Positions 42,164-51,689 of a stretch of DNA of 64,000 nucleotides are shown piece by piece. The DNA is from Kiritimatiellia bacterium (GTDB lineage: Bacteria; Verrucomicrobiota; Kiritimatiellia; JAAZAB01). The stretch spans positions 96,001 through 160,000 of the forward strand of contig JAXGPF010000007.1 of NCBI GenBank assembly GCA_040767085.1. Reading direction: 5' to 3'. Under the pieces are notes generated by a model. The model saw only the letters and a program-made list of their open reading frames with translations, was not told where the DNA came from and did no database searches. Made by a program: the position numbers and the translations under genes. Each line of letters opens with the position of its first letter. Position 1 is the stretch's first letter.

Positions 42164-43078
42164 ATGCCGGAAGAATGCGATCACGACCTCGAAATTGCGG
42201 AAGCGGATGACCAGAAGGCGCTGGAATGGCTGGCCGTGCTGGCGGCGCAGCGCATCAACTACCGCCTGGCACGGGACGAAGCTGGCTGGAGGATATTCGT
42301 CCCGCCCGGCCAGGCCGAGGCGGCGCGGGCGGAAATCGCGGCCTACGAGGAGGATGAGCGTTGCCGGGCAACCAGGCCGTTAGCCGCTCCGATGCCCGAT
42401 ATGCCGGCCCATCGCAGCTGGTCGGCGATGTGGGTCGCCGCGTTTGTACTGGCGTTTTATGTCTGGCTCGGACCATATGATCCGGCCCGCACCCTGCTGC
42501 GCCGCGCCGCGGCCGATCCGCGGGCGATGCTGGCGCAGGGCGAATGGTGGCGCGCCATCACCGCCCTGGCCATTCACGGCGACGAGGCGCACCTGGCAGG
42601 CAACCTGGCGGCCTTGCTGTTTTTCGGCTGGGGAGTATGCCGGGTTTTCGGCGGCGGCCTGGGCTGGGCCATGATTCTCGGCGCCGGCGCGGCGGGCAAT
42701 ATTCTGGCCGCCTGGCTGAAGACCCCCGCCACGATCAGCTTCGGCGCTTCCACGGCCTGTTTCGGCGCCCTGGGCATCCTCTCCATGCACCAGGCAGTCA
42801 GCGTGCTGCGCCGGCATGGCCTGACCTGGAACCCGTGGCACCGGGCCTGGATTCCGCTGGGCGCCGGCGTGAGCTTGCTGACACTGCTGGTCACCGGGCC
42901 GACCAGCGATCTGACGGCGCACCTGGCGGGATTTGCCGCCGGGAGTCTGGCCGGCCTGGCCGGGAGCCTGGCCGGGGGCGGCCGCCTCTCTTTCTGGGTG
43001 CAGCGCGTATTGCAAATGGCCTGCCTGGCTGTGGTCATAATCGCCTGGCGCCTGGCGCTCAGACCGGACGCTGTTTAA
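42164..43078 (+). CDS. Rhomboid-family intramembrane serine protease
   Basis: GEWWRAITAL..H, HLAGN, catalytic GAS (FGASTA) and H (AHLAGF). Confidence 0.9.
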   Translation: MPEECDHDLEIAEADDQKALEWLAVLAAQRINYRLARDEAGWRIFVPPGQAEAARAEIAAYEEDERCRATRPLAAPMPDMPAHRSWSAMWVAAFVLAFYVWLGPYDPARTLLRRAAADPRAMLAQGEWWRAITALAIHGDEAHLAGNLAALLFFGWGVCRVFGGGLGWAMILGAGAAGNILAAWLKTPATISFGASTACFGALGILSMHQAVSVLRRHGLTWNPWHRAWIPLGAGVSLLTLLVTGPTSDLTAHLAGFAAGSLAGLAGSLAGGGRLSFWVQRVLQMACLAVVIIAWRLALRPDAV

Positions 43079-43169
43079 ATCCAACATTAAATGCTTGCCA
43101 CGCATGGCCAACCATGCATAATTTAATGGTTGGAATTTTGAATTTAAGCGGCGATTTTGGAGCGACAAG

Positions 43170-44780
43170 ATGAAATTTTTACGATTGCTGCTGATCACGG
43201 GCATGGGCGCGCTGCTGTTTCTAATCCTGCAGTTGCCGGACAAATCAGGCGGGAATGCAGCGCGGGACTACGTTGAACTCCCAACCGCCGATTTCCGGCA
43301 ATTGGCGGCCGCGGAGTGGAAAGCCGGCCGGTCCGGGCCGGCGATACTGCTCCTGAATTACGCCGTGGAAAACAACCTGCCGGATGCCGCCGCCTGCGAC
43401 GGCGCCCGGGAAGGCTACCTGGCGGCCATGGCCGGCGACCGCACACCCGCCGGCCAACTGGCGATACTGGGGCTGGAACGGACGTTGCCTGCCGCCGGCG
43501 GTTTTGCCAGTCTCTCCGGCGGCACGGTGGCGGACTGGTTTTTGGCTGGCGAAACCAAACTCTCCCCTGCCGCTGACGATATTAGCCGGCAAGTATCGGC
43601 GGCGCAGAAACTGACGGAAATTTTCCCGCCGGCTGCGCCGGCCCTGCGCCTGATCGAGGCCGCCTGGCGCGGCGATGCCGTGCAGGGCGCCCTGCAACAG
43701 CCATTGGCGCGCGCGTTGGAGGCGATGGCGGCGGCCCCGGAAGGCGCGCCGGCGGTGGCGGCGGCGCAGGAGTCCATCATGCCCCTGCTGCAATTGGCGC
43801 GGCAATGCCGGACTTGGGCGGAATTCACCGTGCTGGCGCGGCATGCCCAAAGCATTGACCAGGTCAAGTTGCTGGCGCGGATGGCATCGCTCACGCCCTT
43901 GAACGCCGCTAAATTGGCGCGGCCGTTGATCCTGGCCGGGGCGGAGCAACGGCCGGAACTGCCGCCGGCGGTCATGGATTACTTCGTCCGGCGCGGGCAG
44001 GCCGGCATTGATGCCATGGACCAGGTCCTGCGGCGCGGCGGCGCCGGTGTGGAATACCTGCTGCGTAATCCCGGTGTTTCCGCCGCCATGCTGGCGGAAG
44101 CGCAGACGCCGTTGTGGCCGCCGCCGGCCTGGCGGAAAGCCTGGTTGGATTGGATGGCGCGTTCCGCCCGCCTGGCCGCCGCCGTCAAATCCGCGGCCGT
44201 GGCGCTGCTTTGCATGGGAATCCTGGTGTGCCTGCTGCCATGGCGCATGCTGCGCGGCGCCGCGGCCGCGGCCGGCGGCGCCCGGTTTTACACATGGTAC
44301 TGGCTGGCCGCAGCCGGCATCGGCGCGGCCGTCGGCGCGCTGCTGATTATCGGCGGCGCCCCGACTCCGGCGGCGGCTGTCGCGGGCGCAGCCGGCGGCG
44401 TTCCTGACGCCGCCGCCCAGGTTTACGCTCCGCGCCAGATGGTTTCATGGCTGGTGATCCTGATCGCCATTCTGCTGCTGCAAGGGACCTGCTGGGAAGT
44501 CGCCCGCCGCAAAATCCAGGCCGTGGCCGAAGACACGCAGGCGGACGCCGCCGGCAAACTGCGCCAGTTGGATAACCTGGACATCTTTTTCGACCTGCCG
44601 CTTTACGCCGGGCTGGCGCTGACCATCCTGGCCTTCATCCTGATTTCCGCCCTGGGCGCCGGCGTGAGCCGCTTCCTGGCCTACGCCTCGACGTTTGTCG
44701 GCATCCTTTTTGCCGTGGCTTTGCGGCTGGGACATCTCTACCCCTTGCGCGAACAGTTAATCAAACAATCCGGGAAATAA
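43170..44780 (+). CDS. Multi-pass membrane protein with MotA/TolQ/ExbB-like C-terminal TM pair
   Basis: N-terminal TM, about 300-aa soluble domain, five further hydrophobic helices; last two read LPLYAGLALTILAF and AYASTFVGILFA..YPL. Confidence 0.6.
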   Translation: MKFLRLLLITGMGALLFLILQLPDKSGGNAARDYVELPTADFRQLAAAEWKAGRSGPAILLLNYAVENNLPDAAACDGAREGYLAAMAGDRTPAGQLAILGLERTLPAAGGFASLSGGTVADWFLAGETKLSPAADDISRQVSAAQKLTEIFPPAAPALRLIEAAWRGDAVQGALQQPLARALEAMAAAPEGAPAVAAAQESIMPLLQLARQCRTWAEFTVLARHAQSIDQVKLLARMASLTPLNAAKLARPLILAGAEQRPELPPAVMDYFVRRGQAGIDAMDQVLRRGGAGVEYLLRNPGVSAAMLAEAQTPLWPPPAWRKAWLDWMARSARLAAAVKSAAVALLCMGILVCLLPWRMLRGAAAAAGGARFYTWYWLAAAGIGAAVGALLIIGGAPTPAAAVAGAAGGVPDAAAQVYAPRQMVSWLVILIAILLLQGTCWEVARRKIQAVAEDTQADAAGKLRQLDNLDIFFDLPLYAGLALTILAFILISALGAGVSRFLAYASTFVGILFAVALRLGHLYPLREQLIKQSGK

Positions 44781-44786
44781 ACCGCC

Positions 44787-46634
44787 ATGCGACCGGCCCT
44801 GCTTGTTGTGATCATGGACTTTCTGGTGTCCTCGCTCCTGCTGTTCGTCAGCGGGCCGGGCGAGGGCTGGTCCGGGCGTCAGCGGCCCGCCGGCGGGGAA
44901 CCGCCGGCGTCCGCGCCGGAATTCTCGCCGGCCGCGCTCCAGGAGATGGAACGCCTCTGGCAAGCGCAATACCAGGAACAATTCCGCGAAATGCGATTGC
45001 TGGACCAGCAATCGCAACTGGCGCGCGCCGCGGACGCCCAGCGCCGGCTGCAGGAATTGCATGCCGGGCTGGAAAGGCAACTGGCGGACCGCGCGGCTCA
45101 ACTGGAACAGGAGCAACAGCGGCGCGCGGCGGCCGAAGCCGAGCGGCTCCGCCTGGCCGCGGAACATCAACGCCAGCAGGCTGCCCTTCAGGAATCCGCA
45201 CAACGCTTGCAGGATTTGGACCGGCAGCGGGAGGCCCTCCTCCAGGAGCAGGAACGGATGCAGGCGCAGATCGCCGCCGCGGCCGGCGAACGCACCGCCG
45301 CCCAGGCGGAGGCACGCAACCTGCAGGCTCTGAAAACCGAACTGGATCACCAGGTCGCCGGCCTGCGCGGACGGCTGCAGGCGCAGGCGGAAACCATCGG
45401 CGCCCAGCATCGCACCATTGCCAGCCAGCAGGAAGTCATTGACCAATCCCTCCAGGATGTCGCGCGCATACAGACCCGCCTGGAAACCAAAACCGATCTA
45501 TTGAGCGGCAAGCAAGACCAGATGCAAGCCCTGCTGCGGGACTTCCAGGCCATGGCGGAAGGGCTGCCGGAAGCCGTGCGGGCGCCCGCGCGCGACCTGG
45601 CGCTCGAACAGCAGCGCTTGAACGAGCTGGTGCGGCAACTGTCGGATGCCGTGGCGGATGCCGGCGCGCGCCACCTGGACGCAGAAGCCCGCACCCTGGC
45701 GGATTCCCGCCTGGAAACCCTGGCGGCCATGCAGCAAAACCTCCAGGATGAATTGCGCAAGCTGTTCGAACAGGGCATGCAGCCCGGGCTGCAGCAGGAA
45801 CTGCAGGCGGTGCAGCAGCAGCAGGCGGCGCTGCAAAGCGGTATTACCGGCCTGGCCGGACGCCTGGAAGAAATGGAAACCAGGCAGGCCGGGCCGTTTG
45901 CCAACCTGCGCGATGCCTGCCTGCCGGTATCGGCAAGCCTGACCGCCGCCTACGGCAATGTTGACGATCCATCCGCGCATACGGAAGTGTTCGAAAACAC
46001 GGTCTATGCCCCGCTGCTCAACGCCAACGGGGCAGTCTGGCTGGTGGTGCACGGACGCGACCTGGGATTGAAATGGGCGGCTTCCGCCCCGGCGTTGCAT
46101 GGCGTGCTATGGAATGCGCAAACGCGCGGCGGGACCGCGGTCTGGCGCGCCGACAGCGGACGCGCCGCGTTGCTGGAAACCGAACCCGCGCTGGTTCGCC
46201 TGGAATGCGCCGGCGCCACAGCGGCGGAGGGACGGCTATCGGGCATACGGCCCATGCCCATCATCGGGTACGCGGAACTGGCCCAACGCGGCGCCCGGGA
46301 TGTCTTTCTGGTCAAGCGCCAGGCCGATGGCGCGGCTTTCGCGGTGGACGCCGCTCCGGACCAGGCCACCCCCGCTTACCTGAAAATCCGGCGCGCCCTG
46401 CGGCCCTGGGCCAACTTTGTGGCGCGCCGCCTGTGGCTGGACCCGCGCTCGCAGGCGGAACCGGGTGATTTCATTGTCACCGCCGAAGGCGCCATGGTGG
46501 GCGTCATGGTGGATGAACAACGCTGCCGGGTGCTGGATGCCGCCGATTTTGGAACGGCGGCCCGCCCCCTGCCCCTGGCCGACATCGAGTCGCTGCGGCA
46601 GATGCTGGCGCCGCTGCGCAAGCATTTCCGTTGA
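44787..46634 (+). CDS. Single-TM protein with MotB/ExbD-like Asp-bearing helix, long coiled coil and C-terminal globular domain
   Basis: MRPALLVVIMDFLVSSLLLF; Q/E/A/L-rich heptads at about aa 50-365; starts 6 nt after the previous stop. Confidence 0.6.
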   Translation: MRPALLVVIMDFLVSSLLLFVSGPGEGWSGRQRPAGGEPPASAPEFSPAALQEMERLWQAQYQEQFREMRLLDQQSQLARAADAQRRLQELHAGLERQLADRAAQLEQEQQRRAAAEAERLRLAAEHQRQQAALQESAQRLQDLDRQREALLQEQERMQAQIAAAAGERTAAQAEARNLQALKTELDHQVAGLRGRLQAQAETIGAQHRTIASQQEVIDQSLQDVARIQTRLETKTDLLSGKQDQMQALLRDFQAMAEGLPEAVRAPARDLALEQQRLNELVRQLSDAVADAGARHLDAEARTLADSRLETLAAMQQNLQDELRKLFEQGMQPGLQQELQAVQQQQAALQSGITGLAGRLEEMETRQAGPFANLRDACLPVSASLTAAYGNVDDPSAHTEVFENTVYAPLLNANGAVWLVVHGRDLGLKWAASAPALHGVLWNAQTRGGTAVWRADSGRAALLETEPALVRLECAGATAAEGRLSGIRPMPIIGYAELAQRGARDVFLVKRQADGAAFAVDAAPDQATPAYLKIRRALRPWANFVARRLWLDPRSQAEPGDFIVTAEGAMVGVMVDEQRCRVLDAADFGTAARPLPLADIESLRQMLAPLRKHFR

Positions 46635-46659
46635 TGGCCGGCCATCAGCAGGGCCGGCC

Positions 46660-47466
46660 CTACCGGACCGCTTCGCGGGCATACTGCTTGAGCGTGGCGA
46701 TTTCCCGGGGCAAATGCACCGGGTAGGCGTCGCTCCAGTTAATCCACTCGCCGCTGACAAAGCCGGTATACCCCGCGGCCTGCAGCAATTCCACGGCCCG
46801 CCGGTGGTCAATCATGCCCTGACCGATCGGCGCGAGCGACAATTTGCCGTCGCGCATCACACCGTCATGCACATGCACATGCCGGATCCACGGCCGCAAC
46901 TGCTCAAACGACTGGTCAATCGTCGCCAGCTTGCTCCGCACCGGGTGCATGATGTCCCAGTTCACCGCCAGGCCCGGATGCTCCGCTGCCCGCATCACCG
47001 CCGCCACATCGGCCGGATCGCACCAGGAGTCATGCGTCTCCATGCAGACTGTCACCTTGCGCCGAGCGGCCTGTTCCGCCAACGGCCGCAACAGCGCGGC
47101 CAGATTCCGCACCGCCTCCGCCCGGCTCAGTCCTTCGCCCAGCTTGCCTCCGAAAACCCGGACGCAGGGCGCGCCGAGATCGGCCGCCAATTCCACGCAT
47201 TGCCGGGCGCGCTCGGCGTTTTCCGGCGCGGAAGCCGGATCGGCGAACCGGCAGGAAGTGGCAATGCAGGATAATTGAATGCCGCTGGCGGCGACTTGCC
47301 GGCGGATAGCCTGGCGTTCTCCGGGCGCAGTCTCCGGTTCAATCCCATGCCGGTGTTTGGAATCCACCCGGGGCTCGATGCCGTCATACCCGTACCGCCG
47401 CGCGAGGTCCAGCACCGCGCCCAGTTCCAATTCCGGGCAGGAAAACGTCATGAACGAAAACTTCAT
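46660..47466 (-). CDS. Sugar phosphate isomerase/epimerase (xylose isomerase-like TIM barrel)
   Basis: GYDGIE, VRVFGG, METHD, NWDIMH, HVHVHD, VSGEW; AGGAG RBS. Confidence 0.88.
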   Translation of the reverse strand: MKFSFMTFSCPELELGAVLDLARRYGYDGIEPRVDSKHRHGIEPETAPGERQAIRRQVAASGIQLSCIATSCRFADPASAPENAERARQCVELAADLGAPCVRVFGGKLGEGLSRAEAVRNLAALLRPLAEQAARRKVTVCMETHDSWCDPADVAAVMRAAEHPGLAVNWDIMHPVRSKLATIDQSFEQLRPWIRHVHVHDGVMRDGKLSLAPIGQGMIDHRRAVELLQAAGYTGFVSGEWINWSDAYPVHLPREIATLKQYAREAVR

Positions 47467-47492
47467 CGTCAACTCCTGGTCATCCGTCCATT

Positions 47493-48824
47493 TCAACTAT
47501 GGGAAAAGAAATTCCAGCGCCCCATCGCCTGGGAATTGCCCTGGTCGCCTTCCAGCAAATCACGGTAATTCAACGCCACTTTCTTGTAAGCGGCGGCAAA
47601 CTGGCGGATCACCGCGGGCCGGTATTTCTTGAACCAGGGAATCGCGCAGACGCGGCCCATGACGGCTTCGCTGACCGGCAGCGAGCCGGGGGGCTGCCGC
47701 AGGTCGCGGTCGGCATTGGCGATGCGGGTGGGTTTGCCGTGCCCATACACATCGCAGGTATTGAAGAGCGGGTGGAGGTGCAGCGGGCGGTTGCAGCCGG
47801 GCGAGCACGATGCGCCTTCCGCCTTCACCGCTTCCGCGAAACGGGTGACGGAAAGGCCGCCCAGTTCCTCCGGCCGGTACAAGCCGCGGGCGGCATACCA
47901 GCCGCCCATGGTGGAGCCGGAATCTTTGGCCGGACGGTGCGCCTTGATGCCCGGCACGTCTTCGAGCAGATCCCAGAAATAATTCATGGCTTTCTGGATT
48001 TCCGCGATGCGCGCATCGTAGTGCTTTAACTGCACCCGGCCGACCACGGCGCTCATCTGGTGCATACGGTACTTGTAACCGCCCAGGGGCAGGCCCTCGA
48101 ATGGCTTCAGGGAGGGCGTCTGGAAATTCTCGAAGCGTTCGTAGTGGCCGAGGGCCATGGCCCGCTCGTAGATTTCAAGGTTGTCCGTGGTCAACATGCC
48201 GGCCTCGCCGGCCACCAGCGACTTGCCGCTCATCAGGGAATAACCGGCCACATCGCCGATCGTGCCCACCTTGCGTCCCTTGTAAAGCCCGCCATGCGCA
48301 TGGGAAACATCCTCGATCACCTTCACCCGGCGCCGGCGGGCGATTTCCATGATGGCGTCCATGTCCGCGGGATGCCCCACGTAGTGCACAACGACAATGG
48401 CCTTGGTGCGCGGGGTGATGCGGTGCTCGATATCGGCCGGATTGACGCAGAGGGTCTCGGGGTCAATATCCGCGAACACCACCGTCGCGCCCAGCGAATA
48501 CGCCTGGAGACAGGAAGCCCAGTAAGTCACCGACGGGCAGATGATTTCATCCCCCACCCCGACCTTGCAGCCGAACATGGCCGCCTGCAAAGCGGCCGTG
48601 CCGGTGGAAAAACCCAGGGCATATTTCGCGCCTTCCCAGGCGGCAAATTCTTTTTCAAATTCCCGTGTGATTTCGCCGCCGGACATCGCTCCGCGCCGGA
48701 GCACGTCCACGATGCCTTTTTCTTCCTCGCGCGTGACAATCGGCCACGCGGAAACCTTGCGCACGGCCTGCGCGTCCTGCGTGACAGCCTTCGGTCCGCC
48801 CAATAAAGCCAGTTTGCTGCTCAT
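47493..48824 (-). CDS. DegT/DnrJ/EryC1/StrS-family PLP aminotransferase
   Basis: STGTAAL, TKAIVVVH, IEDVSHAHG, YSLMSGKSL (catalytic Lys), GEAG; AGGAGG RBS before ATG 48824. Confidence 0.9.
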   Translation of the reverse strand: MSSKLALLGGPKAVTQDAQAVRKVSAWPIVTREEEKGIVDVLRRGAMSGGEITREFEKEFAAWEGAKYALGFSTGTAALQAAMFGCKVGVGDEIICPSVTYWASCLQAYSLGATVVFADIDPETLCVNPADIEHRITPRTKAIVVVHYVGHPADMDAIMEIARRRRVKVIEDVSHAHGGLYKGRKVGTIGDVAGYSLMSGKSLVAGEAGMLTTDNLEIYERAMALGHYERFENFQTPSLKPFEGLPLGGYKYRMHQMSAVVGRVQLKHYDARIAEIQKAMNYFWDLLEDVPGIKAHRPAKDSGSTMGGWYAARGLYRPEELGGLSVTRFAEAVKAEGASCSPGCNRPLHLHPLFNTCDVYGHGKPTRIANADRDLRQPPGSLPVSEAVMGRVCAIPWFKKYRPAVIRQFAAAYKKVALNYRDLLEGDQGNSQAMGRWNFFSHS

Positions 48825-48916
48825 AATGACCGCCTCCTGTTCAATGCTCAAGATGCCTGCTGCCGGCTTATCCAAAAACAAGGTAAATCCTAGCAGAAAG
48901 GGGCGCGCATGCAAGG

Positions 48917-49777
48917 TCAGATTCTGCAATCCGGATGCGTATTCCTGCAATAAACCGCCGGGGTCACGCCGGTCCATTGCTTGAATTTGCGCTGAAACAA
49001 ACCGTAATGATTAAAGCCCACCTCCGCGGCCACGGCGGCCGCCTTGATCCGCGGGCTTTCCTCCAGGCGCCGCCGGGCTTCGGCGATCCGCCGTTGTAAC
49101 AGGTACTGCTTGATGCTGATCTGCATGTGGCCCTTGAAGACATGCGCCAGATGGCTTTCCGAATAACCGAAGCGGCGGGCCAGTTTCACCATGTCCAGCG
49201 GCCGGGCAAACTCCTGCTCGAGGTGTTCCGCAATCTGCTGCGCCAGCGGATGCACCACCGGCGCCGGCGCCGGGCGGGCGCCGGCCCGCTGCAGCAGCCA
49301 GAGGAACTCCCCCAGTTTCAACCGCACGATTTCGCGCCAGTATGGCGACCGGCCCTGCAATTCGTCATGCAGCTGGCGGAACAGGAGGGCCAGCGCGGCC
49401 GTTTCGGTTTCATGCAGCAAGGCCTGCACCGGGGCCTCCCGCGCCAGACGCTGGAGCACGGCCGCGCGCAGGAATTCGGGCGCAAACATCAGCAGCCATT
49501 TCAGATGGGCGCCGCCCGGCGCGGGCAGGTAACAATGCGCCTGGTTCGGGTGCAACGCCAGCGCCATATTGGGACGAATCGCGTATTTTTTCCCGCCGAT
49601 CAAATACTCGCCCCGGCCCTTGAGAATCAATTGAAATTCGCAGGCGCGATGATACGCCAGGGGCGTGCGCGCCGGCTTGCCGGCCTGCTGCACGACAATC
49701 ACCGGACACTGCGCCTGCGCGTTAAAGATGGTTTCGTGACGCAATTTTCCGCTCCCGTGCGACTGCGCCGCCTTCAT
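48917..49777 (-). CDS. AraC-family transcriptional regulator
   Basis: Cupin N-domain; C-terminal LARRFGYSESHLAHVFK..VAAEVGF..FQRKFKQWTGVTP. Confidence 0.9.
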   Translation of the reverse strand: MKAAQSHGSGKLRHETIFNAQAQCPVIVVQQAGKPARTPLAYHRACEFQLILKGRGEYLIGGKKYAIRPNMALALHPNQAHCYLPAPGGAHLKWLLMFAPEFLRAAVLQRLAREAPVQALLHETETAALALLFRQLHDELQGRSPYWREIVRLKLGEFLWLLQRAGARPAPAPVVHPLAQQIAEHLEQEFARPLDMVKLARRFGYSESHLAHVFKGHMQISIKQYLLQRRIAEARRRLEESPRIKAAAVAAEVGFNHYGLFQRKFKQWTGVTPAVYCRNTHPDCRI

Positions 49778-51447
49778 TCCGCCGGGCGCGGCCCGGCGCG
49801 GCGCAGCATTTCCCGGGCATGCTTGAACGCGATCGCGGTCGTTTCGCCGCCGCCCAGCATCCGGGCCAATTCCTCCACGCGCGCCTTGCCGTCCAGTTTA
49901 TGGACTTCCGTGGCGGCGCGCTGCGGGCCGACGGTCTTGCGCACCGCAAAATGCGCGCCGCCGCAGGCCGCCACCTGGGCCAGGTGCGTGATGCACAAAA
50001 CCTGGCGGCGCCGGGCCAGTTCCCGCAACTTGCGCCCCACGACGCCGGCGGCGCGGCCGCCGAGGTTGACGTCAATTTCATCGAACACCAGCACCGGCAC
50101 GCGGTCGTGGCGCGCCAGCACCGATTTCACCGCGAGCATCACCCGCGAGATTTCGCCGCTGGACGCCGTCTTCCGCAAATCCCGCGGCGGTTCGCCGGCA
50201 TTCGCAGTAAAAACAAATTCCACCGCATCCAGCCCCGCCGGGCCCAGCGGGATTTCCGTCAGCGGCGCGCCGAATTCCGCCTGGGACAGTTCCAGGGCGC
50301 GTAATTCACGCTGCACTGCGCCGGCCAGCGCGCCGGCGGCCCGGCGGCGCCCGGCGCTCAGCCGCGCGCCGGCAGCCTGGGCCGCCTGCCGCGCCATTTC
50401 CACCTGAGCCGCCAGTTGGGCGCGGCGCTCTTCCCGGCGGCGCGCGCCGTCCAGGTCCGACCGCGCCGACGACAGCTTTTCCAGCGCCGCCGCGACTGAT
50501 CCGCCGTATTTGTGTTTCAGCTTCTGATAAATCGCCAGCCGCGTTTCCACCTGCGCCAACCGCTCGGGATCGCACTCCGCGCGCCGCTGGAATGCTTCCA
50601 CTTCCCGCGCCACATCGCGCAGGCGGTCCAGCACGCCGCGCAGATCCCCCGTCCAGGCGGCGGGCGTCTCCGTCAACCCCGCCATCGTTTCCAGCGCCTT
50701 CAGCGCCGACGCCGCGGAATTGAATGCGCAATCCTCGCCTTCCGTCAAACGCTGGCGCGCTGCGTCCGCCAGTTCCAAAATGCGCTGCGCATTCCCCAGC
50801 AGACGCTGGTCCGCCAGCAAGCGGGCTTCTTCCGCCTCGCTCATATCCGCCGCTGCCAGCTCCCGCACCTGTTCCTCCAGCCATTCGGGGGGCGCCGCCG
50901 CCGGCTGGCTTTCCAGTTCCAGCAAGGCGCGGCGCGCGCCGTCGAATTGCGCAAAAGCCGCCTCGTAAGCCGCGCGGACCTGAGCCAGTTTACCGTAAGC
51001 ATCCAGCAAATCCAACTGCGCGCGGGGCGACAGGAGGGATTGATGTTGATGCGGCCCGTGCATATCGGCCAGGCAGTCGCCCACGCGCTGGAGCGCCTGC
51101 AGGGTGACGGAATGGTCGTTGACATACTGCCGTCCGGCGCCGCCGGCCGCCACCACCCGGCGTAAAATCACTTCGCCCCCGGCGCACGGCGGCAGGCCGA
51201 TCTCCGCCAGGACGGCGTCCACCGGCGCGGCGTCTTCCAGGCTAAACACCGCCTCCGCCGAACATTGCGCGGCGCCGGCGCGCACAATGCCGCGGTCGGC
51301 CCGCTCGCCCAGCGCCAGGTTCAGCGCTCCCATCAGGAGCGATTTGCCCGCGCCGGTCTCGCCGGTGATGACGTTCAATCCCGGTTCAAACTCAACCTGC
51401 GCCGACGCCACCAGCGCCAGGTTGGCCACTTGTAGATGTTTTAACAT
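49774..51447 (-). CDS. recN: DNA repair protein RecN
   Basis: ITGETGAGKS, HGPHQHQ, coiled coil, ASSGEISR, FDEID, CITHLAQVA. Confidence 0.95.
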   Translation of the reverse strand: MLKHLQVANLALVASAQVEFEPGLNVITGETGAGKSLLMGALNLALGERADRGIVRAGAAQCSAEAVFSLEDAAPVDAVLAEIGLPPCAGGEVILRRVVAAGGAGRQYVNDHSVTLQALQRVGDCLADMHGPHQHQSLLSPRAQLDLLDAYGKLAQVRAAYEAAFAQFDGARRALLELESQPAAAPPEWLEEQVRELAAADMSEAEEARLLADQRLLGNAQRILELADAARQRLTEGEDCAFNSAASALKALETMAGLTETPAAWTGDLRGVLDRLRDVAREVEAFQRRAECDPERLAQVETRLAIYQKLKHKYGGSVAAALEKLSSARSDLDGARRREERRAQLAAQVEMARQAAQAAGARLSAGRRRAAGALAGAVQRELRALELSQAEFGAPLTEIPLGPAGLDAVEFVFTANAGEPPRDLRKTASSGEISRVMLAVKSVLARHDRVPVLVFDEIDVNLGGRAAGVVGRKLRELARRRQVLCITHLAQVAACGGAHFAVRKTVGPQRAATEVHKLDGKARVEELARMLGGGETTAIAFKHAREMLRRAGPRPAE

Positions 51448-51449
51448 GG

Positions 51450-51682
51450 CCTGAATCCGTGACGGGATTTTATGTTGTTAAGATAATGTCTGAATAAACA
51501 ACAATTTATGGAGTTGAACACTATCACCAAAAATGCACGGCTCTGTTTGACGGGAAAGACCGCCCTGCGGGTGAGGTCAGTATGCCGCATCTGCTTTGTT
51601 GCGAAGGATTCGCAGTATGTTTATACAGCTTCACCCTTCGCGTCGCGCATCTGCGGCATACTGACCTCATCACGGATTCAGG
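51450..51682. mobile_element. MITE-like palindromic element filling the recN upstream region
   Basis: Perfect 13-bp terminal IR cctgaatccgtga (51450-51462/51670-51682) and inner perfect 18-bp IR tgaggtcagtatgccgca (51572-51589/51652-51669). Confidence 0.6.
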
Positions 51683-51689
51683 GTCTGGA

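Noticed and set aside
43170-46634. Calling the membrane pair Zorya (ZorAB), a flagellar stator or TolQR/ExbBD
   Set aside because: The coiled coil is on the B subunit, there is no OmpA-like or ExbD periplasmic domain, and no cognate partner genes; kept as an unnamed motor-like pair
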